Source of the DNA: a virus
Virus record (IMG/VR): IMGVR_UViG_3300013772_000003
Coordinates: 10,773 to 74,772 of that record
Length of the DNA: 64,000 nt
Strand: one strand, 5' to 3'
Shown here: positions 1 through 10,400 of the stretch, in pieces
Layout of the letters: the number at the start of each line of letters is the position of its first letter
Numbering within the stretch: position 1 is the stretch's first letter
Notes under the pieces: generated by a model
What the model was told of the DNA's origin: nothing
Databases searched by the model: none
Seen by the model: the letters and a program-made list of their open reading frames with translations, nothing else
Position numbers and translations under genes: made by a program

Positions 1-313
1 ACTTACTTGCTGCCATATTAAATTGGGAGAGTATCGTCGGATCTGTAATGCGCATTGATTTATCCCGAGAGAATATAAAAGAATTTGGTGCAAGGTTTAA
101 TTTTGTACCGCCGGCGTAATGACGTTTTCCGGCAACCGTAAATGCCGCAGGTAATCCTGAGTCATCACTTGTTACTACTACCTCGCCGTTTTCTGCCTCC
201 AAATTCGATTCGTCATCTGGAACTGGTTGTAGTGTCTTCTTCACCTCCGTAGGTTGCTTACCCAACTTTGTAGCCGAGTAAAACTTGAATGGGGTCATAT
301 TTCTTGCGTTCAT
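1..313 (-). CDS. crAss-like cargo/virion protein, N-terminal part (runs off the window)
   Basis: Manual translation from ATG 313: MNARNMTPF...SNLEAENGEVVV...AGKRHYAGGTKLNL...FIFS. The NLEAExGE / RHxxGG pattern is typical of crAss-like ejected proteins, and the gene follows the cargo genes. Confidence 0.6.
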   Translation of the reverse strand, partial: MNARNMTPFKFYSATKLGKQPTEVKKTLQPVPDDESNLEAENGEVVVTSDDSGLPAAFTVAGKRHYAGGTKLNLAPNSFIFSRDKSMRITDPTILSQFNMAASK

Positions 314-322
314 CTATTTTAG

Positions 323-1566
323 ACAAGGAAACTCCGATGCCTTTAGGCTCGGAGAGGAATTGTCGTACTCCCACTTTAAATTGTTAATAATTATTTTCAA
401 ATATGTGAAACTTATTAGTATATTTGTATTATGAAATTGACTTTGAAGATAAAACTTTTGCCTAACAAGGAACAATTCGATTCTCTCAAAAACACTGTGA
501 GCGAAGCGAATAAAGCCTGTAATAATATTTCTAAAACTGCTTTCACAAAAAAACTTTACAATAACTTTAAATTGCACAAAGAGGTTTACTATTCTACAAA
601 AGAACAATTCAATCTTTCTGCACAAATGGTTGTACGTTGCATTAGTAAAGTTGCTGATGCCTATAAATTGGATAAAAAAGTCCAAAGAGAGTTTCGTCCA
701 CTTGGTGCAATTACTTATGATTCCCGAATACTTACTTACAAAACCACCGATACGCTTTCTATTTGGTGTATTGGTGGCAGACAAAATATTCCATTTATTT
801 GCCATAATACAAACTACCTTCCTTACATACAGGGAGAAGCTGATTTGGTATTTAAGAATGGGAATTTTTACATATTCCAAACAGTTGAAGTTCCCGAAGA
901 ACCGATAAAAAATATTGAAGAGTTTATTGGTTGCGATTTCGGCTTGACCGATATAGTCGTAACATCTGATGGCATTAAACATTCTGCCGAAGGGCTTAAT
1001 AATTATAGAGAAAAGAAACAACGGATTCGTAGTTCCGTTCAATCCAAAGGCACGAAGTCTTCTAAAAGACTTTTGAAACGGCTTAGTGGGAGAGAAAAAA
1101 CTACGGCAACAATCCAAAATCATACTATTGCAAAATCTATTGTAAAGTCTGCTAAAGAACAAGGTAAAGGAATTTCTATTGAAGATTTGACTGGAATAAG
1201 ATTTACTTCCAAAAGAAGAAATAAAACTTTCAGAACAAAACTTGGTAAATGGAATTTTGGTCAATTGCGTTCTCATCTTACTTACAAATCTTTGCTTAGT
1301 GGTGTTAAACTTATTGTTGTTGAACCTCGTTATACTTCTCAAACGTGCAGTTGTTGCTTGCATATTGGTAAAAGGACTAACAAGGTTTTTAAGTGTACAA
1401 ATCCAAACTGTAAAGTAGATGTAATTGATGCAGATTTTAACGCTGCTCAAAATATCTCCTTGCTTGGGGCTTCCGTAAATAAGCCCGAAAGTTCGACTAT
1501 GTATTGCTCTTTGCATTATGTTGTTAGTTCTAAAGCACCTATCCCTTTAGGGTAGGTGTAATTTAC
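323..1566 (+). mobile_element. Non-autonomous IS200/IS605-family element (IS1341-like, tnpB only)
   Basis: Left hairpin 333-353 and right hairpin 1536-1558 share CCTTTAGG at the tip. AAAG at the foot of the right hairpin with end TTAC (1563-1566) matches the IS608 guide rule; AAAC at the left foot matches target TTAG (319-322). No tnpA is present. Confidence 0.85.
431..1555 (+). CDS. tnpB: TnpB RNA-guided endonuclease
   Basis: N-terminal TLKIKLLPNKEQ, RuvC motifs GCDFG / IEDL / DADFNAA, YTSQTCSCC...CTNPNC zinc ribbon; catalytic D-E-D intact. Confidence 0.95.
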   Translation: MKLTLKIKLLPNKEQFDSLKNTVSEANKACNNISKTAFTKKLYNNFKLHKEVYYSTKEQFNLSAQMVVRCISKVADAYKLDKKVQREFRPLGAITYDSRILTYKTTDTLSIWCIGGRQNIPFICHNTNYLPYIQGEADLVFKNGNFYIFQTVEVPEEPIKNIEEFIGCDFGLTDIVVTSDGIKHSAEGLNNYREKKQRIRSSVQSKGTKSSKRLLKRLSGREKTTATIQNHTIAKSIVKSAKEQGKGISIEDLTGIRFTSKRRNKTFRTKLGKWNFGQLRSHLTYKSLLSGVKLIVVEPRYTSQTCSCCLHIGKRTNKVFKCTNPNCKVDVIDADFNAAQNISLLGASVNKPESSTMYCSLHYVVSSKAPIPLG

Positions 1567-1582
1567 CTTACTTATCTTTAAA
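1400..1582 (+). ncRNA. Putative TnpB omega/reRNA (5' boundary approximate); guide derived from right flank
   Basis: TnpB reRNAs overlap the tnpB 3' end and the right end; the right-end hairpin is visible at 1536-1558. Confidence 0.45.
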
Positions 1583-2011
1583 ATGTTCTACTCGTTCAAA
1601 TACAGGCTTTACAACCAACTTCAATGCTAATTTATCTATCCCAGACGCAGGTTCAAAGTGGAACTCTCCCTCTGATAGGACATCTTCTACTACAAATATT
1701 AAGTCTGCAAGAAAAGGGAGTTTCAATCGGGTGTAAGCCATGCTCGGAATCAATTCTTCAACCTTCGTTTCTCGAACGGCTCCCCCCGTCTCAGAGACCG
1801 TTGTACAAAACCCCGACTCAGAAATCATATCAGATATTGCCTCATTTATCTTACGAAGTCCTTCTATGTCTGAAAAGACTATGATTTCGCCCAAACCTCC
1901 CACAGCATCTCCCCCCTCAATTGCTTTAGCTACAACTTTATCATAATCTTTTTTATAAAAACTGTGTAATTCCTCCTTTATTTGTTCTATTAAATTCTGA
2001 TCTGTTTTCAT
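1568..2011 (-). CDS. Hypothetical protein
   Basis: 147 aa ORF, co-oriented with the late module, AACCAAC-rich leader. Confidence 0.7.
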   Translation of the reverse strand: MKTDQNLIEQIKEELHSFYKKDYDKVVAKAIEGGDAVGGLGEIIVFSDIEGLRKINEAISDMISESGFCTTVSETGGAVRETKVEELIPSMAYTRLKLPFLADLIFVVEDVLSEGEFHFEPASGIDKLALKLVVKPVFERVEHFKDK

Positions 2012-2035
2012 TTTATTGTTGGTTTTTGTTGGTTA

Positions 2036-3829
2036 CTAATCAAGGTACTCAATTTTATATCCTTTTGCCCGCAAAGCGCGGATTTCTTTCTCGCTCATAT
2101 ATTCCCCCTCATCATGTTGTCCACCCATTTTCATGTTGCCCCGCGATTGTACCGGAGTATATTGATTGGGACGAAACGCTCCGCTATTACTTTCATAGTC
2201 GCCCCTATTCGCATTACCTGCTTGATTAACTGAAAACTGGTTATCAGCATTTGTACGTTGCTTTAATAACTGTTGATTAGCAAAAGTATTCTGCGAATTT
2301 AATCCCGCTGTCAGGAAACTCATACCTCCTATAATTCCTTCCGCAGCTAATTGTCCGTTAAATCCTCGCTTCTGTCTTTGCTCGGGTTTCGCATTATTTA
2401 ATTGCTGCGAAGAAACGCCGGAAGTAATCGGATATGGATTATCTGTCTGCCCATTCATCATAGTTTGGTTTCCCGCCACTCCCGCACCTTCCGGAGTAGG
2501 TTCATTAGCGAAACTTCTTTGTTGTATCTGATTAGAAAGAAATCCAAAGGCACCTGATTGATTGTCAATTCTTAGTCCGCTGTCAGGAACGTAATCGTTA
2601 TTGACTTCATTTCCTTCCCCCGCAGTCCCATCCAAATGCCCCATTCCCTGCATCCATTCTTTTGACATCACCTGTGTTCCTTGTTGTGCATACTGCTTTG
2701 GTTGCCCACCATACTTAGCCATTGCTTCTTGATGTAAACTTTGAAGGTTGTTTGCTTCCTCCATTGCAAGAGCAAAATGTGCATTGTTTGACAAGTAGCC
2801 CTTGAACGCATTGTTTCTGTTATTCAGGAAATCTTCTTGTGTTACTCCTTGAGGTGAACTTGATTTAGTTTGTCCGCCGGCTTTCATTACGTCTTTATGT
2901 GCGCTTTTGATAAGTGCTTTTAGAAACTCGCCGCCTCCTTGAAAAATATCTCCACCAAACTGATGCGTAGATGTGGGTGTGGGTGCAACTGATGCTGGCG
3001 GTGTTCCCCAAGTATCCCAATTACTTGGAGCATATTTCTTTTGAAGAGTAGCGCCATGCACCTTCTCATCATAGGGTACCATATCTTTTACAGAAGGAGC
3101 GCCTTCTGCGGGCATCTTTGTTGAATCTATGACATATCTTTTATTTCCATAGGTAACGGGAAGGTACCCCGTAGGCTTCGCAGGCTGTTGTTCCCCGGGT
3201 TTAAGGGACTCTGCTTGATAACGAACAGTTGGTGTAGGATACCTCATTTGAGAGGTCTGACTGCCTACCCACTGATCGACCTGTACATTAGGATCTGATA
3301 ATTTATGGTACTGTTGAACAGCTTTGATAGTCTCCGGTGTTACCTTATTTTGAGGAAACTTACGTGTATAATCACTATCATTAAACTCCTTCAACATTTG
3401 GTCAGTATATGCCTGCTTTCCTTCAGGGGTGTTCATCTTTGGGTCGTTCTTCATCCCTTTGCTTTGCACAAATCCTTGGAAAGCATTCCATCCTCCGACA
3501 TTAGCACCTTTAGGTATTTGGGTAGGATCTTGATTAAAACGAACTTTCTTAGTAAGATCTACATTTGTAGTAGCTCCATATTGATTCCCTGAGTCAGCAG
3601 GAGAAGTTCCTTGTACATTCAAACCCTGTTGTGCAAACTGATAACCTCCACCATACTGAAAAAACGGATTATCGAAGTTGTTTTCATAATCTCCTTCTAC
3701 AATATCTCCTCCAAACTGCAAGTGTCTTACTTGTGGATAAGCATCGAAAAAAGAATTTTCATCAGGAAACTTCTTGTAGAATTCCTTCTCTGATTTTACT
3801 CCTGCTATACGTAAAAATTCCGCTTTCAT
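2036..3829 (-). CDS. crAss-like cargo (ejected) protein
   Basis: Q/G/N-rich 597 aa, N-terminal LRIAGVKSEKEFYKKFP, repeated xGG motifs, located downstream of the muzzle gene. Confidence 0.65.
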   Translation of the reverse strand: MKAEFLRIAGVKSEKEFYKKFPDENSFFDAYPQVRHLQFGGDIVEGDYENNFDNPFFQYGGGYQFAQQGLNVQGTSPADSGNQYGATTNVDLTKKVRFNQDPTQIPKGANVGGWNAFQGFVQSKGMKNDPKMNTPEGKQAYTDQMLKEFNDSDYTRKFPQNKVTPETIKAVQQYHKLSDPNVQVDQWVGSQTSQMRYPTPTVRYQAESLKPGEQQPAKPTGYLPVTYGNKRYVIDSTKMPAEGAPSVKDMVPYDEKVHGATLQKKYAPSNWDTWGTPPASVAPTPTSTHQFGGDIFQGGGEFLKALIKSAHKDVMKAGGQTKSSSPQGVTQEDFLNNRNNAFKGYLSNNAHFALAMEEANNLQSLHQEAMAKYGGQPKQYAQQGTQVMSKEWMQGMGHLDGTAGEGNEVNNDYVPDSGLRIDNQSGAFGFLSNQIQQRSFANEPTPEGAGVAGNQTMMNGQTDNPYPITSGVSSQQLNNAKPEQRQKRGFNGQLAAEGIIGGMSFLTAGLNSQNTFANQQLLKQRTNADNQFSVNQAGNANRGDYESNSGAFRPNQYTPVQSRGNMKMGGQHDEGEYMSEKEIRALRAKGYKIEYLD

Positions 3830-4543
3830 CTATACTGGTATTTTAAAATTATCAAAACTTACGCAGGTGCCTTCCTCAAGTTCTTCCCGGTACTTTAGAT
3901 ACACTTTCAAATCTGCCTGCGCCTTAATGTACTCAGGAAACGAAAGAGCCTCCTTAGACGGATAACCAAGTGCATATAATTCGCAACGCTCCTCTAACGC
4001 CTCCAAAGGAAAAAACTCATAATTAGCGTTTTTTATCATTACACAAGTTACTATATCTTTTTCAACTTTTCTTATAAAAAGTTCAGCGCCTCCCTTCTTA
4101 CTATACCCAAGAACAAAGCCCCGGGAAGGACGCACTCTTTCAAATCGTCCCACCTCAAACAAAATTTTTATCTCCGCGCCATCTTTACCGGGAGTCTCTC
4201 CTTCTGTTAAACACTTTCTCACCAAATATGTTCCGTGCGTTCTCTTTGTGTACTTCGCTACTACATGGTCGTAACAATGCTTTCTCATGTTTTCAAAACC
4301 CCCTTCCTGCTCTGTTTTTAAAGATTTCTCTAAAAGGAGTTGTTGTTCCCTCGTTTCCTTATAAAGTCTTTCAAAAGTTTCTTTAAGAAAATCTGTGTTC
4401 TCTATGCTCTCTATAACTCCCGCTTTTGCTTGCTCCAACGTGTGCCCTCCACCAAACATCTGAGTCCCTACTGTGAAAACAACACCGTAATAAACCCCGC
4501 CATCCTCTGCGCCTAACTTTTCTTCTGTTATTTTTACTTCCAT
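3830..4543 (-). CDS. Hypothetical protein (moron-like) with weak HicB-like N-terminus
   Basis: 237 aa; own TAACTTTG box at 4590-4597; EDGGVYYG...GGGHTLEQAKAGVIESIE. Confidence 0.55.
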   Translation of the reverse strand: MEVKITEEKLGAEDGGVYYGVVFTVGTQMFGGGHTLEQAKAGVIESIENTDFLKETFERLYKETREQQLLLEKSLKTEQEGGFENMRKHCYDHVVAKYTKRTHGTYLVRKCLTEGETPGKDGAEIKILFEVGRFERVRPSRGFVLGYSKKGGAELFIRKVEKDIVTCVMIKNANYEFFPLEALEERCELYALGYPSKEALSFPEYIKAQADLKVYLKYREELEEGTCVSFDNFKIPV

Positions 4544-4594
4544 ATTTATTTATTTTACCACTTTCTACGGGACTAATCTAAATAGGTTACAAAG

Positions 4595-6934
4595 TTAGTA
4601 ATTATCCAACCAATTTTTAGTTTGTCCTCCACCTTTAAAAGCATCCAATATCTTATACGTTTTTGGGTCAACAATAAAATTGTTCTTAATGTCATAAGGT
4701 TTTCCTCCGATTAATCCCAAAGCTTCCACTTTACGTAATGGTTTTTTATAATGCTTGTCTAATATTTTTTTATCTAACGCATCTTGTCTGGCATTAATAG
4801 GTCCTCGACTTTCCCAAGGATGCAAATCCCACCTATCATTAGATTGGAAATGTAAATTCCCTTCTGGGGTATGCTTTACGTCCCACCTAAAACTACCCAT
4901 AATACCTGATGGATCGTTATCATAAATGCTGTGAGTAAATTCAGGGTTCTTAGATTTTTCCACTATTCTCCTTTGAACTCCTTTAAAATAGTCAGGATGG
5001 TTGCTGACGAACTTAGTTGGATCATCCCCCATATAAGGTTCGATTTGGTCACTTATAAACTTCTTCCTATCCATATCCACTCTTCTAAAATGATCTGGGT
5101 TCGGTTGGAATTTTTCAGGATTAATTTTATACTTTCCTTCTCCGATCTGTGTAAAAGTGTTATGTTCTTGAGGTAATCCTAAAGCTGTTCTAAAAGCATC
5201 ACTTCTGTTTTTTCCGGAACGCAATCCTTTTTCAATCCTTTCAATTTGGGAAGGGGAAGACTGACTCATTTTTTCTAAAACCGTTGCATTGGGATTATAA
5301 CTCCCGGTCAATTCTTTCACTGCTTGTTTAAATGATTCAGGATGTCCCTCAAATCCTGCGGCAATATCCACAATCTTCTGTTCAGGATTCATGGTATATT
5401 TCACAAGATTAGGAATAAAATCCAATGCTTTTTGTTTTGCTCCGTATCCCACAGGATTTATCCCTTTATATATCGCTTCTTTACCTGCTTTCTTTAAAGT
5501 AGCTGCTGTTTTACCTATTGCAGGTCCTGCCATCTCATTAATCAAAGCATCTTGCATTACACCTGCGGAGTAATTAGCTGCCTGCATAGGATTACCGTGC
5601 GTTTTAATAACGTCTTCTTCGCTCATCGGCGAAAGTCGTGTAGCGTAACTTGCGAGCGTTCCTGCTGGATTATAAATCCAAGGATGTTCTAATTTTCTAC
5701 TGATAGATTCCGAGCGGTTAATATCCTCCTGAGACATAGGTTTACTTGCGGATACTTGTGCTTGAGTTGATTGCGGACGATTTCTGATAGCATCTTGTTT
5801 CCACTTAGGAAGACTGTTGAACTCGATTTGTTCAGGAGAATATGGATGTAAGTTTTTATTGACCTGAGTGTTCCCACCACCCTCTTGGTAACGTTCTAAC
5901 CACTCTCCCCCACCTTCAAATGTTTTAGTAAAAGATGCTCCTACATATCCCGGATAAGCACTTACACCTACTGTCCCCATCTTTCCGTTATAATTAACAC
6001 CAATGTAAGGATTAAATTGCGAAGGCTTCTCCCAATCTGTCATAGACTTGCCTTGAAAATAATTACCAGCATTAACACTAAACTTCCCTTTTGCTGGTGT
6101 AAAGTCTAAACCAACATCATGATTAGTAGTTCCCATATAATCAGAAGACTCGTGATACCCGCTTAGTCCTTTATTCCCAATTAAACTGTTGTCTTTATAA
6201 TCAGACACGTTTCCTAAATTTGGTTGAGGAAGAACTTCTCTCCCAACCTGTGCTTTAGGATTGTAAATATGTTTTCCATACGGTCCAAATACATCGTGAT
6301 TACGTAACATTAATTCATTGATACTGGACTGAATGTTTTTTGATGTATGACTTCTGTTATGTAAATTATGTTTACTTGTCGCATCTCTTAAATTATGTTG
6401 ACCGCCGTGACGCATCTCTTCTTCTCCATCATCCTGAGAACTCTCGTCAATCGGTTCTCCTGTTTCTTCATCAAGAAGGTTTCCGTCCTCGTCTGTACCT
6501 GCTACCTGAGCAAACAAAGTCCTCTGTGCATCAGATATAGGATTTCCCATTATATGTCCTTCTATCAATGCTTGTCGTGCATCCTCCGGAGATAAACCAC
6601 CGTCAAATGCGTTCTGCTCTGTTTCTCCTCCATCTTGGTGTTTACGTTTCTTACTTTTTTTTGTGAAGTTGTAAGTCATCTCTTGTTGTCTGCGAACGTA
6701 CTCCGCCCCAAAACCATCCCCACCATACTGCGCCTTAATTGGAAACTCAATGACATGACTGCCTTTGAACACATACTCTCCGCCGGGTAACATGTGCTGA
6801 ATATTGCCTAAGTTGTCAATGCCTATAACTGGATGTGGAACATTCTGCATCGTAATTCTGTTGGAATTAATAACGTTGAAAGGGTTGTTCCGATCCGGTG
6901 AATTTTTTTTATATCCGTCCTTACTGGTTTTCAT
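4595..6934 (-). CDS. crAss-like cargo/virion protein
   Basis: N-terminal ITMQNVPHPVIGIDNLG...MLPGGEYVFKGSHVIEFP domain common in crAss-like phages; xGG motifs. Confidence 0.65.
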   Translation of the reverse strand: MKTSKDGYKKNSPDRNNPFNVINSNRITMQNVPHPVIGIDNLGNIQHMLPGGEYVFKGSHVIEFPIKAQYGGDGFGAEYVRRQQEMTYNFTKKSKKRKHQDGGETEQNAFDGGLSPEDARQALIEGHIMGNPISDAQRTLFAQVAGTDEDGNLLDEETGEPIDESSQDDGEEEMRHGGQHNLRDATSKHNLHNRSHTSKNIQSSINELMLRNHDVFGPYGKHIYNPKAQVGREVLPQPNLGNVSDYKDNSLIGNKGLSGYHESSDYMGTTNHDVGLDFTPAKGKFSVNAGNYFQGKSMTDWEKPSQFNPYIGVNYNGKMGTVGVSAYPGYVGASFTKTFEGGGEWLERYQEGGGNTQVNKNLHPYSPEQIEFNSLPKWKQDAIRNRPQSTQAQVSASKPMSQEDINRSESISRKLEHPWIYNPAGTLASYATRLSPMSEEDVIKTHGNPMQAANYSAGVMQDALINEMAGPAIGKTAATLKKAGKEAIYKGINPVGYGAKQKALDFIPNLVKYTMNPEQKIVDIAAGFEGHPESFKQAVKELTGSYNPNATVLEKMSQSSPSQIERIEKGLRSGKNRSDAFRTALGLPQEHNTFTQIGEGKYKINPEKFQPNPDHFRRVDMDRKKFISDQIEPYMGDDPTKFVSNHPDYFKGVQRRIVEKSKNPEFTHSIYDNDPSGIMGSFRWDVKHTPEGNLHFQSNDRWDLHPWESRGPINARQDALDKKILDKHYKKPLRKVEALGLIGGKPYDIKNNFIVDPKTYKILDAFKGGGQTKNWLDNY

Positions 6935-7175
6935 CGTCAGTTTTTGGATTTGGTTTCTTCAATAATTTTGCGGAAGCCCAGAGGTCGCAACAAAAATTTT
7001 CGTCAGGATAAGGTAGTTTATTATTCCCTCCCTGCCATTTCACAAATTCTTTATTCTTACATGTCTTATGATCCGTACCTAAGAACGAACAATTTTTACA
7101 CATGCTGCCACCGTAAGGTACTTGAAGTCCTAATTTGTGTGATGCTGGGTATTTGAAATCGTGACCTCCGTACAT
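6921..7175 (-). CDS. Small Cys-containing protein (metal/Fe-S binding?)
   Basis: CKNC-x9-C...CCDLW. Confidence 0.6.
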   Translation of the reverse strand: MYGGHDFKYPASHKLGLQVPYGGSMCKNCSFLGTDHKTCKNKEFVKWQGGNNKLPYPDENFCCDLWASAKLLKKPNPKTDDENQ

Positions 7176-7405
7176 TACTCTATTTTTTCAAAACTACGTT
7201 TACCTTTCATTACTAATTCCTCAGACTCATTCGTATCCAAATGGTTTAAATAAATGACATCCAAGTAATACTCCGTAGCAACAGCTACTACCTTAGAAGA
7301 AGCATTAACATAAGTTTCTAAAACAAACCCTTTCCCTAACTCTCCGTCACTTCTATTATAAAAATAGATTTCCGGATATTTGCCTTGAAATCGTGCAGTA
7401 TTCAT
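7175..7405 (-). CDS. Hypothetical protein
   Basis: 76 aa; TACATTTG box at 7430-7437. Confidence 0.55.
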   Translation of the reverse strand: MNTARFQGKYPEIYFYNRSDGELGKGFVLETYVNASSKVVAVATEYYLDVIYLNHLDTNESEELVMKGKRSFEKIE

Positions 7406-7442
7406 CTTATTTTTATTTGTTGGTTTCTACAAATGTAGTAAA

Positions 7443-10400
7443 TTATCTTGGAGATTGTTGTAGTTTTTGATCAGCCAAAATCAACAGGATTTTAACCTTA
7501 CCAACAATATCCTTACGTAACCACACAGAGTTCTGATAATTTCTGAATCTTTTGTGCTCCGTAGGCGATTTTGCATAATCAAGATTAGCGTTGTTCAAAG
7601 CACGCACATACCCATTTGGGCTCGTATTCCAAATCATACGCCTTGCATTAGAAAATTCCCCACGATCAGACGTTAGATCGACCATTTGGTTGAAACGATA
7701 TTTGTTCTCTACCTTGCTATACAAAATATCAACACTACCTGCATTGTATTGAGGAAACGAAAGCTCTTTCCAAGGATCATTGTGAATGATCGGATTGAAT
7801 TTAAGCATACCACTGCACTGCTCCGGATTCCATATCACGGCTTTATCAAAAAAGTATTCCAACATTAAATATCTGTCATGGCAATTCCCTGCATCATACA
7901 GATAGTTCTCCATCTGTAATTCAATGCTACGCAGCACATTCACTTGCTGTCCCGTATTAACTCGAAACTCAACCTCAAAAGGATAGTCAACTCCAAAATA
8001 ATTACAATAAGAATCACATAAAATATTATGAACATACAATCCCCCGGCGCCCAAACTGTCCGTCTGTGTGGTAAGGAACGTGTTCTTACCCTGCATCGTT
8101 AACTCCGGTTTCCAGTCGTGAAATGAAATCCATTCCTTAGTCTTCGGATCGTAGCTTGCGGTGAAGCTCGCATCCTCAAAGTACGTAGGATCACCAAGCT
8201 TTATAGGAAGAACTCCTCCCACCTTGAAATCATTCCTACCCGTATATTGAATTGAATTTGGCACCATAGAAGCACTTGTCACTACTACAAAACCATCTTT
8301 TAGTTTGTAATCCTTCTTCATAAAATACACCAAAGTATTTTGCTGATCAAAGGTAGATTGTGTTCCTACACCTATAACCGGATTATCTGTTAACTCAAAA
8401 TCAGGAAATGATTGTGTCAGCATACAAGGAAGGTACTGAGCAAACCACCAATTCAAGTCTGTTCCTGATATTTCGGACATTCCCGCGCCCAACTGGTATT
8501 GAAATATATTACCGGTGCTTTGAGAAATCCAGTACACACCCATAGGCGTATTAATCACAGACAATCTACCTTGACAAGATGCTGTTTCAAAGGACTTCTC
8601 TGCGTTTACCAAACTCTGCAACGGACGCGAGAACAACGCTCCTGTACCGATGGTGATTTCTGTATTTCCCATCTGCAAATTTTCTATGCTAACCATCTGC
8701 AACGGAGATTGATTCCCAAAGAAAAACAAGGCTCCTGTCTTATTGATTGCTTTTATATCTGTTACCGGCGTTATAAAATCATGGTAATTATTCGCTAAAA
8801 ATATTAACCACGCATCCTTAATTGATTCCGATGATTGTTGATTTATAGCAGCAAAAGGTAAAGAAAATAAAACACGATTCTTATAGTGTACAAAACAAGA
8901 TTCGTAAATAATAGGATCGTAGTTTATTGGTTGAATATTTGCCCAACTGATAAACGATGGAAATAATTTTGAAATGCTTAAACTGTAATCGTATTTGAAA
9001 TAATTTCCTGCCTTAATAATGTCAGGATTCATATCAAACATTGCTTTCTCGTCGGTATAACGATATGGATCGTAGTAACGCTGATTAATATTATCACCCC
9101 AATCTCTTAACTCTGTATTTACATCGGACTCTACGAAAAAGTCACGAACCCCTGAGTTGGACAAATACATGTACGCATCCTTTACTCCGAAAAAACCAGA
9201 TAATCCTCCTCTATCAAAAGCGTGCAAACTTTGAGGCAAAAGATTAGTCCAAGAGCCTGTGGTAAATGCGGTTCCTAAACCAGAAATAACCTCAGCAATA
9301 TCCCACTTATGCGTATCCATCCAATACATAGGACGCGGCACATACTCCTTTAAACGATAATCAAATTCATATCCGTTAGGCTGTCCGTACATCCAATCGT
9401 AAAAGAAAAACATTGTGTTCTTCTCTGTGTAACGGGATACATACGTATCGCCACCAAATAGGACAGGGCTTACCACAGGAAACTTCCCTGCTGTACTAAT
9501 AGTGCAAGAGCCTATTGGTATTTGATGTACGCCGCCGATTTGTCCATATTGATTTTGAAGACGATTTTTAAGAGCCGTATAAGAACAGATGCTGAATGTG
9601 TTGAGAGGAATCAAAGGGTCCTGATGAGTAGGTCCAAGTCCTGTAGCTGTGTGTAAAGTTTGTTTTGTGTTATCTCCTGCCAAAAGACTTAACCCTACTG
9701 CTGTTTGTAAAGCAACAGATTTACCTCTGAATAAGTTATTAACCCTATACCCCGTACCTAAATCCTGCAATTGATCTTCAAGGTAGATTTCGTCAGAGAT
9801 TGTTCTGCGAGTTTCTCCCAAGGAAGTGTTTGCAAACCCATCATAAAAACAATGAGACATATATTGTAGGGCATGTTGCTCCCAATTCAAAAAAGCTCTA
9901 ATTAGATCAAGCGTTGTGTCCGTTCCTTGAGACCAGTAATTCACAAAAGCGGGAATTCCATTCAACATTCTTAAGAACGTAGGCACATTATCCCCGTCAT
10001 CCTCTGTGGTTTGTTTTCCGTACCCGGTTGTTGACGGGACAATGTTGGTTGCATTAGCTAATCCTGCCAAGGCAAGATTCCACGCCTCTCTTCCCAATCC
10101 CGTTAAGGCAGTTATACCCGCTTGTGCTCCTCCAGTGAATCCTGTATCGACTCCACCCTCAGCCAAATCTGCTGCGGCGACTGCGGCGTCTCCCGTAGCA
10201 ATAGCTGCAATTGTAGTAGGGACGGGAACTAAATTATCCAAACCCCACGCTCCAGCTCCCGCAGGACCAACAAAAATACCAGACTCAACGGTTCCAATCC
10301 TTGTCGGATAAATTCTGGTTGTAGTACGCTGTCCAAGCGAGGAAATCATTGCAATACCTACCCCGGCGATTACCGCAGAAACAAAAGCTAAATCTGTAAC

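Noticed and set aside
314-1516. 400-aa minus-strand ORF
   Set aside because: Antisense shadow of tnpB with no recognisable motifs.
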